Made by a program: the position numbers and the translations under genes. From positions 1 through 39,086 of the forward strand of contig CAZZGW010000004.1 in assembly GCA_964653605.1 (NCBI GenBank): a stretch of 39,086 nucleotides of DNA, in the 5' to 3' direction. Numbering within the stretch: the first letter of the stretch is position 1; the number at the start of each line of letters is the position of its first letter. This document shows, piece after piece, positions 19,101-26,554 of this stretch. Source of the stretch: Candidatus Woesearchaeota archaeon (lineage in GTDB: Archaea > Nanobdellota > Nanobdellia > Pacearchaeales > GW2011-AR1). Under the pieces are notes generated by a model. It was not told the origin of the DNA. It saw only the letters and a program-made list of their open reading frames with translations, and searched no databases.

Positions 19101-20867
19101 AACTTCGTCTCCTGCAATTGTTCCGTCAGGACAATCGTAGCCTTCACCTATAACACATTCATCATTTTCCCCAGGGTTTACTTGGCAAGATTCTCCAATC
19201 GCAGTACAATAATCTGAGACATCTGTTCGATCTCCACAGTCATCATAATTCCACAAGTTACCATCACCATAGCAACCCACGTAAGAATTAACTCCCACGT
19301 TGCATATGGCATTGCAGTCTTTTTGAAGAGTACTCGCATATAAATCATTACTACTATATGGATAAGCACAACGTTCATCATCTTCACAAATCTTTTCCCC
19401 CGTACTAAGAGTATATTCAATACACCTATGTTGAAGTAAATCATCAATGCCTGTTGAGCACCGATACTCCAGTACCTCATAATGAACCCTGTCATATCTT
19501 GTATCACACCACCATTCAGTCCAGGGGTTTCCAGTCTGTTCATGGAAATAGTAAAATGGACAATCTGAAGCTGAAGTACCGCAGCCCCATTCTACACAAG
19601 TGCTCGACCACGCATCACACATAAAGCCATCACAACAATCACTATCCTCATACCCATAATCATTGCTAACAGTGCAACTCTGTCCAAAGCTACTGCAAGA
19701 AGGAGCAACATCACATCCCCCTAGTGTTGAAGATAACTCAGAAGGATTAACACAAAGTCCTGCATTATCACGTTCGTAACATTTTTGTCCATTGTAACCA
19801 CTACAATCATCCCTACACTTTCCTTCAACACAAACCAATCCACAACAAGTATTTGCATTAGAACAATCATTTCCGTTTGATGTGCAAGTTGGGGCTGGTG
19901 TTTCACAAACATAATCTGAGTTACATACCTGTGGAGATGTGCAATCTCCGTCATCACAACAATTAGAACTTGTGCTTCCTACACAATTACTTCCACAACA
20001 TACACCATTAGCAGAATAACTTCCACCCACACTTTTATCACAGTCATCTCTATCAAATACAGAAGAGTATCCACATTCACTATAAAAGTTATCATTTCCA
20101 TTATATTGAAGCCATTCTCCAGTCATATCACATATGCCCTTGCTACCATCCCAAGCACAATTCCCAGCAGTAGTGTAAGATGAAGTTGAACCACTTCCAG
20201 AACATCTTTTAGACGGAGGACTAACTGGACAAGAATACGCAGTAGCTCCACATTCTCCTTCCACACATAAGCCAGAATCACAATCTGAACCACTTGTACA
20301 GGTGTTGTCGATTTCGGTACAAGTCGCAGCATAACTTATGCTTGGAGGGCCCGTAACAAGGGTTGTCCCAATTATACAAACGTTAGCGCTACTAACCCAA
20401 TAACAACAATTCGCATCAGTAATTCCTAAATCTCCATATACATCATGTTCACACCAAGATTCACAAGCACTAATGCTAGATTCGCTAGTATATGCTTTTA
20501 TATTATTACACGCCTTACTTGAAGTAGGGTAGTCACAATTATAACCATACCCATAAAAAGTACAACTTCCTCCATATATGTTGCTTGGAACAGGATATGC
20601 CATTGGTTGGGTTCCTAAGTAACAACTTCCCGTACTTGAAATCCATGAACAACAATTAGCGCCAGTGGTAGTTTGCGATTCGCACCAAGATTCACAAGCA
20701 CTAGCACTATTAACAGTGGTGGTAGGAGACCCCCAAATATTATTACATGCTGTACTTGAAGCAGGAGTGCCACAACTGTACCCAGCACTAACAACAACCA
20801 AAGATAACAACATGACTACAAATATACTAAGAACAACTAAAACCCCTTTTAATTTCCTCTCAACCAT
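16119..20867 (-). CDS. Giant (1582 aa) Cys-rich surface protein with DUF4215/myxobacterial-type repeats and a PGF-CTERM-like anchor
   Basis: Signal peptide, four CGxG...ExCDDxx...DGCSxxC repeats, and C-terminal LPGFG + TM helix + RRRD. Confidence 0.85.
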   Translation of the reverse strand: MVERKLKGVLVVLSIFVVMLLSLVVVSAGYSCGTPASSTACNNIWGSPTTTVNSASACESWCESQTTTGANCCSWISSTGSCYLGTQPMAYPVPSNIYGGSCTFYGYGYNCDYPTSSKACNNIKAYTSESSISACESWCEHDVYGDLGITDANCCYWVSSANVCIIGTTLVTGPPSISYAATCTEIDNTCTSGSDCDSGLCVEGECGATAYSCPVSPPSKRCSGSGSTSSYTTAGNCAWDGSKGICDMTGEWLQYNGNDNFYSECGYSSVFDRDDCDKSVGGSYSANGVCCGSNCVGSTSSNCCDDGDCTSPQVCNSDYVCETPAPTCTSNGNDCSNANTCCGLVCVEGKCRDDCSGYNGQKCYERDNAGLCVNPSELSSTLGGCDVAPSCSSFGQSCTVSNDYGYEDSDCCDGFMCDAWSSTCVEWGCGTSASDCPFYYFHEQTGNPWTEWWCDTRYDRVHYEVLEYRCSTGIDDLLQHRCIEYTLSTGEKICEDDERCAYPYSSNDLYASTLQKDCNAICNVGVNSYVGCYGDGNLWNYDDCGDRTDVSDYCTAIGESCQVNPGENDECVIGEGYDCPDGTIAGDEVCDGSNLGGNDCTTVAGDFDAGTLSCNTNCLSFNTNSCTDCGDNNQEGSETCDGSDLNGATCTSLNYDAGTLSCNSVCTGFITSGCYDYECTSDSNCNSNEKCSSSHTCVACDLTGAWWSPGDDIGEGTSVSLAVEGNWACAGKTVDLDVYRGSTWIRDLSSLTIGSSSPYRGYRSWTSDVDNSGDHDFVGTLDSNTGEKAYSGNIYITVAPPPASCGDGICQENCGTCSQDCLCPGQVCHSNTCMDDCVITNAYWSSSSVNDGDSVTLNVQTTGCTTSETISFNIFERDILDSNDDYSPDPSAKNVESDGTTSRTWVADWTDDSALLESNPPEYRFTASISAWSESDTSGNLEVNSVSSGATCGDGDRESGEGCDDGNTASSDGCSSTCSIESGWKCNTNEPNNVCWWACGDGIRDSTEQCDDDDTANGDGCSSSCQVEDGYSCVGDVGDLSVCSEAGCMISVAEWQRSGSTITSVNDNVNVYLHVETPDCPDGTTIEFYVTEDDNTFDDLVSTSIGDATISSNMADGIWNAEYMSDTDGDGNPPEFYFTANIQGDTTERDSGGLLTVNYVNPCAGISTCADYSQSACEADGCGVADASQANCDFQVDPVSRCILYNDCGCEWDGSSCVPSLEITPSCGECGNTVLDSGETCDDGNIISGDGCSATCTIEDDISLPCPEGTTRCADDTCSLNCWFTDGGNAPCNNDGTCDSDEGCSCGDCDGVNDACGAGLLCSINDEACCYGTEDGSCNPYCSFIDPDCAGDDYCGNGWEGFGEQCDDGNTNNTDGCSNTCTYNIVPIGGDCLEGQMLCLDGTCSLNCGFTDIGYDDSCQLESANCCAEGLSYRVQDNACCKVISDGYCSPYCAISDPDCNALDLGGINGIGYCAYSDNSLDDCADGFLTRDYTANWIWDDSNFVYVDPQSTSYVEDPAGEWHYDPINPLTGDRASDDCNNISDEIICPAQVELPGFGKMQLILSIIVLAIAYTIIIFRRRD

Positions 20868-20959
20868 GATAAAATAATTAGTAAAACCCCTTTTATAAAC
20901 TTTTTGAAGTTTTTGGGAATTCTTTTTTGTAAGAAAAATGTAAATAACAAAATAAAAGA

Positions 20960-23242
20960 TTATCTTTTTACAAATTTTCCTGTTCCAAGAGGAGTTTCAT
21001 TTTCATCTCTTCCTCTTATAATATACAGGCCGGATTTTAAGTCAGAAGAATTAAATTCTGTTTCTCCATTTCCATCTTTATCAATTATTTCTTTTTCAAG
21101 TTTTCCCGAAGTGTTGTAAAATTCTAAGTAAGCAGTTTTATTCTTTGAATATCTTACTCTTCCAAACTCATTTACAGGATTTGGAAAAACAAGCATTTTG
21201 TTATTTAGCAATTCATTTTCCAACCCTACATCTGTTATATTAATATACTTAATAGTAGAATCTTTATTTCCAAACATATCTTCTGCGTATAATTTAAGCT
21301 CATTTTCTCCAGTTGGAAGACTTTGATAATTCTTGAACCCTTCTTGAGAAATGTTTTCTTTGTTTCCATTTAAAGCAAGATATGATTCTTCTGGATTGAA
21401 ATTCTTTTCTTCAACACTCCAGCTAGCAGAAACATTATTTCCATCAATTTCATAATTAAGTGTTGGCTTTGGTTTTATGGTATCTTTAACTGAAAAATTA
21501 ACTTCTTTTTCTGTTTTATTTCCAGCCTCATCAACTCCTGTAACAGAAACTTGATATTCTCCGTAGTCTAGATTTTCATTGCCAGAAAAGTTCTCTTCAA
21601 AGATATTCCTTGTTCCATTATTTACCTGGAAATATGCACTATCAAGTGATTTATCGTCGGTAACACTAAAATTAAAATTAGGGCTCTCTTGATAGAGTGC
21701 ATTTTCCAGAGGACTAGAAATGTTAACTTCTGGAGAGGTGTTATCCACTGGCTCAACAATTGAGAAATTAACAACTTTATCAGTTTTATTTCCTGCTTTA
21801 TCTACTCCACGAACAAGTAAATTGTAATTTCCAAAGTTTAAATTAGGGTTCTGATTAAAAACTTCATCAAAGAGAGTTTTAGTAGTTCCATTATCTAAAC
21901 TAAAGTAAGAACTATCTAGCTCTGTTTCATCTGTAACGTTAAATTGGAAATCTGGACTTGAACCATAAACCATTCCTTCCAACGGACTAGAAACACTAAC
22001 CTCCGGATTGATATTATCAGCGGGTTTAACAATTGAGAAATTCTTTTGTATAACTGTTTCTTTACGAGTTTTATCAATACCGTAAGTTACCATTGTGTAT
22101 TCTCCTTCTGGCAAATCTGGATTAAAATTATTGCTTTCTGAAATTAGTCTTTTTGTTGCCCCCCCATCAAAGCTAACCCATCCTTCCCTGACGCCTTTAT
22201 CATTCTGTTGATTATCCTGGATTTCAATGTTAATGTTTGGACTTGATTCGTATTGAAACCCTTCTTGAATTGAAGTGCTTATTGTGGGGTATGAAGTGTC
22301 TCTTTTTAGAGTTTGACCATATTGTTCCTCGGATGTTGGCCAATAGTTTGAGGGCACTAGATCATTAATTCTAAAACGAGTAAGGATGCTCAAATAAAGG
22401 CTCTTTTCTTCTTCGATTCCAAAAGTCCCAAATGTTGGAGGTCCTCTAATTTCAAATTTTGAATTTTCTCCAATAATGTATGCTTCTCCTGGCTGAACAT
22501 CCATGAGATCTCTTTGAGGTTCAAAATGGTTCCAATCATTCCAATTTAATGCATCATTTCCAACAAAAATGGTGTTCATTTCATGGGCTCCAGAAATTTT
22601 TCCATTTTCATCATAATCTTTTATATAGGCGTCCATCAAAGGAATCCCATGTAAACCATTTTGCGAAAAATCATAATCCCAAACTTCTTGTAGGTCTGCA
22701 ATATCATTAGGATCAGTAAATCCATGGACATCAATCATTGTTTGTTGAGAATATTGTGTACAGTCAAAGATTGGAATTTGTCCCCCATCTTCAGAGTGGT
22801 TAGTTTGGTCAAATTCATAAACACTTTGAAAATAAGCATTTCTTTCTTCGGGGGTTTGCAGAGCATCCCAATACCAATTTGCTACTTGTTTAAATTTGTG
22901 GTTTCTTACATGGTCTTCAAGCATGTCATAGTCTTGGTTATTTACTTGATTGTCTCCATTAATATCTGCTCTGTACATTAACCAGGGATCAGAAGGATCA
23001 GTAAAAGTCCCATCAATTATCTCCTGCATCCTTGTCAGATCATTTTCTATAAGAGTGTCTTTAGAAATTCCTTCCCTATTGACATCTCCAGAACGTCTAA
23101 ATTGTAATGATTCTGTTGGATCAATTGTTGCAAGTGAAGGATCATCTCTGTAAATTCCATCATTTTGCCCATAAACATTAGGCAAAATACTTGCTACAAC
23201 CGCAGTTCCCGCCATTAAAAAATTATTTAGTCTTTTTCCCAT
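20960..23242 (-). CDS. Secreted multidomain protein: dockerin-like repeat, putative Cys-protease domain, Ig-like repeats, T9SS type-A C-terminal sorting domain
   Basis: GDVNREG and ADINGDNQVNNQD EF-hand-like motifs, FDC...HEMN...FEPQRD, repeated D..PEV.ISSP...GVDxAGNKT, and VFPNPV...YNTSGK...LKSGLYII...KFVKR. Confidence 0.8.
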   Translation of the reverse strand: MGKRLNNFLMAGTAVVASILPNVYGQNDGIYRDDPSLATIDPTESLQFRRSGDVNREGISKDTLIENDLTRMQEIIDGTFTDPSDPWLMYRADINGDNQVNNQDYDMLEDHVRNHKFKQVANWYWDALQTPEERNAYFQSVYEFDQTNHSEDGGQIPIFDCTQYSQQTMIDVHGFTDPNDIADLQEVWDYDFSQNGLHGIPLMDAYIKDYDENGKISGAHEMNTIFVGNDALNWNDWNHFEPQRDLMDVQPGEAYIIGENSKFEIRGPPTFGTFGIEEEKSLYLSILTRFRINDLVPSNYWPTSEEQYGQTLKRDTSYPTISTSIQEGFQYESSPNINIEIQDNQQNDKGVREGWVSFDGGATKRLISESNNFNPDLPEGEYTMVTYGIDKTRKETVIQKNFSIVKPADNINPEVSVSSPLEGMVYGSSPDFQFNVTDETELDSSYFSLDNGTTKTLFDEVFNQNPNLNFGNYNLLVRGVDKAGNKTDKVVNFSIVEPVDNTSPEVNISSPLENALYQESPNFNFSVTDDKSLDSAYFQVNNGTRNIFEENFSGNENLDYGEYQVSVTGVDEAGNKTEKEVNFSVKDTIKPKPTLNYEIDGNNVSASWSVEEKNFNPEESYLALNGNKENISQEGFKNYQSLPTGENELKLYAEDMFGNKDSTIKYINITDVGLENELLNNKMLVFPNPVNEFGRVRYSKNKTAYLEFYNTSGKLEKEIIDKDGNGETEFNSSDLKSGLYIIRGRDENETPLGTGKFVKR

Positions 23243-23354
23243 TTTCCTATATTGTAACTACTTTGTAGTTATATATAAATGTTTTGATTTATACCTCTTT
23301 ATGTGTAAATTACGTTAGAATTAGAGGAAAATGGGGGTTTTAAGCACTATGGTG

Positions 23355-23680
23355 TTACTGATTACATATTAGATTTACTTGTTTTGGAACACTTTTATTA
23401 TCATTTTCTCTAAGACCAACATCAATATCCCTTGAAATGAGTTTTATTGAAGAGTCACCTATGCTTTTAACCCCTTTATTATAAAATTCAATTGTTTTAG
23501 AGTATTCTCCAATAATCTCTCTTAAATCATTTAATTGAGCCATTTTTTTTAGTTAGTCTTCCTTCTAATCTTGGATTTAATTTGGTTCCTTCAAAATCAA
23601 CTTTGAAGAGTAATTTATTTTTTGAATAAGTATAATTTTGTAAACATCTAATAAATCTTGTTTAACCTCTAATAAAACAT
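23355..23680 (-). pseudogene. Possible decayed gene of unknown family, including the 62-aa ORF at 23355-23543
   Basis: AGGAGG RBS and ATG followed at once by a stop (ATG TTT TAT TAG), then short overlapping open frames. Confidence 0.25.
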
Positions 23681-23726
23681 AATCTAACCCTCCTTTTGTT
23701 AAGTTTTTTAAAAGATTGTTGTTTTT

Positions 23727-23756
23727 TTATCCCTTTATGACTACTAGTGGTTTTAT
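23727..23756 (-). pseudogene. rtcB: Relict rtcB 3' terminus (IKPLVVIKG-stop)
   Basis: Minus strand reads ATA AAA CCA CTA GTA GTC ATA AAG GGA TAA. The last 8 aa plus stop match RtcB, with 7 differences in 27 nt, all synonymous. Confidence 0.75.
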
Positions 23757-23784
23757 TTGTATGAATTATTTAATTATAACAATA

Positions 23785-23792
23785 TTTAAATA
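23785..23792 (+). promoter_or_regulatory. TATA box for the RiPP operon (probably leaderless transcript)
   Basis: TTTAAATA ends 21 nt before the precursor ATG, the same spacing as at the 7662 gene. Confidence 0.55.
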
Positions 23793-23813
23793 GAATTAAG
23801 ACTCCTGAATAAT

Positions 23814-23993
23814 ATGGCAAATAAGGGATTAGAAGGAAAAACTGGAAGTGGCCCAGCTCCAATTACTGCAAATGAAGTAGCATACTTGAATAGTATGATG
23901 CCTCAAGTTAGACAAGAAGGATATACTTGTGTTTCTGGTTGTAGTGAATGCATAAGTTGCGGGGGAAATCCTTCATACCAAAAATTAAATTAA
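23814..23993 (+). CDS. Putative RiPP precursor peptide, 59 aa: MANKGLEGKTGSGPAPITANEVAYLNSMMPQVRQEGYTCVSGCSECISCGGNPSYQKLN
   Basis: Translated by hand (below the ORF-track cutoff). Cys-free leader-like N-terminus, C-terminal CxxxCxxCxxC core, 51 nt upstream of the radical SAM gene on the same strand. Confidence 0.8.
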   Translation: MANKGLEGKTGSGPAPITANEVAYLNSMMPQVRQEGYTCVSGCSECISCGGNPSYQKLN

Positions 23994-24044
23994 ATCTTTT
24001 AATAGTTTTTAGAAAAAAGCAATTCTATACTAATAGGTTTAAGA

Positions 24045-25151
24045 ATGACTAAAAAACAAATATTTATTCAATGGGATTCAACAAATAATTGTAATCTTGA
24101 ATGTAAACATTGTTATCATAATAGAGAAGGAAATCAAGACCATGTCCAAGAAAAAAAAGATTTAATGAGTCTTTTAGAGGTAAAAAGTATGGTTGATGAT
24201 CTTATAAATACAACCCAAAGATGGAACATGGAACCAAGATTCCATATTTCAGGAGGAGAACCCCTATTGAGAAAAGATTTATTAGACATTTTAGATTACA
24301 CTAAACAAAATAGAGTTCCCACAATTCTTCTTACCAATGGAACTCTAATAACCTTGGAAAAAGCAAAAGAGTTTAAAAAAAGAGGGATGAAAAGATTACA
24401 GATTTCTTTAGATGGAGATAAAAAAACCCATAATATTGTAAGAAATAGGAATTATGCTTTTGATAAAGCAATACAGGGAATTTCAAATAGCAATGAAGCA
24501 GGTTTGGATGTAACAGTTTCTTTTACTGCAATGCAATCAAATAAGAAATATATAGAACAAGTGATAGTAGATTCCATTGAAGCAGGAGCAAAAGCTTTTG
24601 GAATACAATCCTATGTTCCAGACAAAAAATTAGGCATTAGAGATCCTGAATTTATTAATTCAAAAGAATTATATAGAATTTATAGATTTCAAAGAGAATT
24701 AGATAAAAAATATGGAGATAAAATAAAATTACTAGAATCAGAAGTTTTATGGCATTTAATGCACAATGATGATTCTTTAAAAGAAGAATCAAGAGAAAAA
24801 GAAAAATATTTGGGAGGGTGTGGAGCAGGATTTTCAGGTTTATCTGTTCTTTCAAATGGAAGAGTTTATCCTTGTAGAAGACTCCCAATAGATATTGGGC
24901 ACATTAGCGAAGGATTAATAAAACTTATAACAGAAAATGAAGTTATGCAAAATCTAAGAGATTTACATAAAATAAAAGAAAATACTGGATGCGATTATGT
25001 TTCACATTGTAAAGGATGTAGGGCTATTTCCTATGCAACAACCGGAGATTATATGGCTAAAGATCCAATGTGTTTTAAAAAATTAGTTAAACCTTCTGAT
25101 CTTAAAAAAAGAGACTTTGAAAATGAAACAAAGAAAACCATTAATTGTTGA
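24045..25151 (+). CDS. Radical SAM enzyme with SPASM domain (putative peptide maturase)
   Basis: CNLECKHC, SGGEPLLR, TNGT and ISLDG motifs, then C-terminal CGAG...NGRVYPC...CDYVSHCKGCRA...DPMC. Confidence 0.93.
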   Translation: MTKKQIFIQWDSTNNCNLECKHCYHNREGNQDHVQEKKDLMSLLEVKSMVDDLINTTQRWNMEPRFHISGGEPLLRKDLLDILDYTKQNRVPTILLTNGTLITLEKAKEFKKRGMKRLQISLDGDKKTHNIVRNRNYAFDKAIQGISNSNEAGLDVTVSFTAMQSNKKYIEQVIVDSIEAGAKAFGIQSYVPDKKLGIRDPEFINSKELYRIYRFQRELDKKYGDKIKLLESEVLWHLMHNDDSLKEESREKEKYLGGCGAGFSGLSVLSNGRVYPCRRLPIDIGHISEGLIKLITENEVMQNLRDLHKIKENTGCDYVSHCKGCRAISYATTGDYMAKDPMCFKKLVKPSDLKKRDFENETKKTINC

Positions 25152-25626
25152 AATTATGCAAGAATTAAATCCCACATCTGTTTTGGATTTGGGTTGTGGA
25201 AAATGCAGATTCTCTAATAAATTTATTGAGAAAGGAATTTCTGTTGTAGGTGTTGATAAAGAAAATTTAATGGAATCAAAAGATAATTTTAAATTTGTAA
25301 ACAAAGATGTTCTAGATTTTAATTTTGAACCAAAATATGATTTAATAATTGGAACAGGAATACTGCATTTTTTAAAAAAACAAGATGCTAAAAAAATTAT
25401 TAATAGAATAAAAGAAAATACCCTCTCAAGTGGATTAAATCTTTTAATATGCATGTCTAATGAAGAAAATCCAAATAATAAAATTAATTTTTATCCAGAT
25501 AAAGAGGTGTTAAATAAATTGTATTCTGATTGGAAGATAATCCACAATACTTCTACTTTGTCTAGGAAACATGGAGAAGATATGCACCAACATAGGATAA
25601 TTATTTTCTTAGCAAAGAAAATTTGA
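25123..25626 (+). CDS. Class I SAM-dependent methyltransferase, TehB-like (ATG start 25123; track uses TTG 25117)
   Basis: VLDLGCG motif I, VVGVD, and YDLII...ILHFL...GLNLL. Overlaps the radical SAM gene end. Confidence 0.88.
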   Translation: MKQRKPLIVEIMQELNPTSVLDLGCGKCRFSNKFIEKGISVVGVDKENLMESKDNFKFVNKDVLDFNFEPKYDLIIGTGILHFLKKQDAKKIINRIKENTLSSGLNLLICMSNEENPNNKINFYPDKEVLNKLYSDWKIIHNTSTLSRKHGEDMHQHRIIIFLAKKI

Positions 25627-25627
25627 T

Positions 25628-26362
25628 ATGAAAGAAATAAATAGAAATAAATCTAAGATATATACTTTAAATGGAAAAAAAATTGTTTCCAAATATTATG
25701 AAAAACCAATTTTTTTACATAGGGAATTATTTTTTTATGATTTATTTAAAAAAAATAATTTAATAAAAACTCCAGAAATTCATAATTGGAAAGGAATTAA
25801 TCTCCAAACTTATTTTATTGAGACAGAAAAGAAAAATGTTTATCAAACAATAAAAGATTGGGCAAAAGTTCATGATTATTTTATAAAAAATCCTTTAGAA
25901 AAAAATAAATTGCTTATTAACCATAATTTTGAAGAAGTTGTTTCCTATATTTTTGAAAATTTAAATGTATTCGGAGATTTAAAAAAAGTTGTTGAAAATA
26001 AATTGCATAATAAAAAAATAAACAAAAATATTTCAACAATTTTGCATGGGGATATGCAGAATAAAAATATGATGACTTTTCAAGGAGATAATTATTATTT
26101 TGATTTTGAAATAGGGGGGATAGGCCATCCTGGAAGAGATGTGGCTTCAATGATTATTTCTAATCCTAATAAAAAGAAAGAGATAATCAAAAGTTACAAA
26201 GAAAGTGTGGGTTTTAATTATAGAGGTATGGAAGAGGATTTAGAAACTTGGTTAGTGGCTAGGACAGCACAACTATATGCTATTTTTAATAAAAAATTAA
26301 AAAGCAATGAACAAAAAAAAGATCTTAAAGATAAATTATTTTGGATAATTGAAGATTTATAG
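25628..26362 (+). CDS. Aminoglycoside-phosphotransferase/choline-kinase-like kinase
   Basis: VSKYY lysine, RE helix glutamate, Brenner motif LHGDMQNKN, and FDFE...GHPGRDVA. Starts 1 nt after the methyltransferase stop. Confidence 0.85.
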   Translation: MKEINRNKSKIYTLNGKKIVSKYYEKPIFLHRELFFYDLFKKNNLIKTPEIHNWKGINLQTYFIETEKKNVYQTIKDWAKVHDYFIKNPLEKNKLLINHNFEEVVSYIFENLNVFGDLKKVVENKLHNKKINKNISTILHGDMQNKNMMTFQGDNYYFDFEIGGIGHPGRDVASMIISNPNKKKEIIKSYKESVGFNYRGMEEDLETWLVARTAQLYAIFNKKLKSNEQKKDLKDKLFWIIEDL

Positions 26363-26372
26363 TATGTTGAAT

Positions 26373-26552
26373 TTACCCAATAATAACAACTAATGGCTTT
26401 AATCTAGCTACTTTTTTAGAAATACCTAAATCGTGCACTACCTGAACAACTCCTTCAACATCTTTGTAGACTTCTGGGGATTTTTCTACAAGGGATTTGT
26501 TACTTGTACTAGCTATTTGAATTCCCTGTTTTTTTAGTGATTCTTTAGTTTT
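26373..26552 (-). pseudogene. rtcB: Duplicated rtcB 3' fragment (about 59 codons, no start)
   Basis: Translates KTKESLKKQGIQIASTSNKSLVEKSPEVYKDVEGVVQVVHDLGISKKVARLKPLVVIIG-stop, colinear with the RtcB C-terminus. 26381-26477 matches 27007-27103 at 94 of 97 nt. Confidence 0.93.
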
Positions 26553-26554
26553 TT

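Noticed and set aside
12074-20877. Many 60-150 aa alternative-frame and antisense ORFs inside the Cys-rich genes, also at 35186-36150
   Set aside because: They lie within long genes with clear domain structure and are explained by biased codon composition. None has a recognisable motif.
23653-23668. Minus-strand GTTAAACAAGATTTA matching the duplicated trmB start region
   Set aside because: Only about 15 nt of AT-rich sequence with no start codon or further similarity, so plausibly chance.
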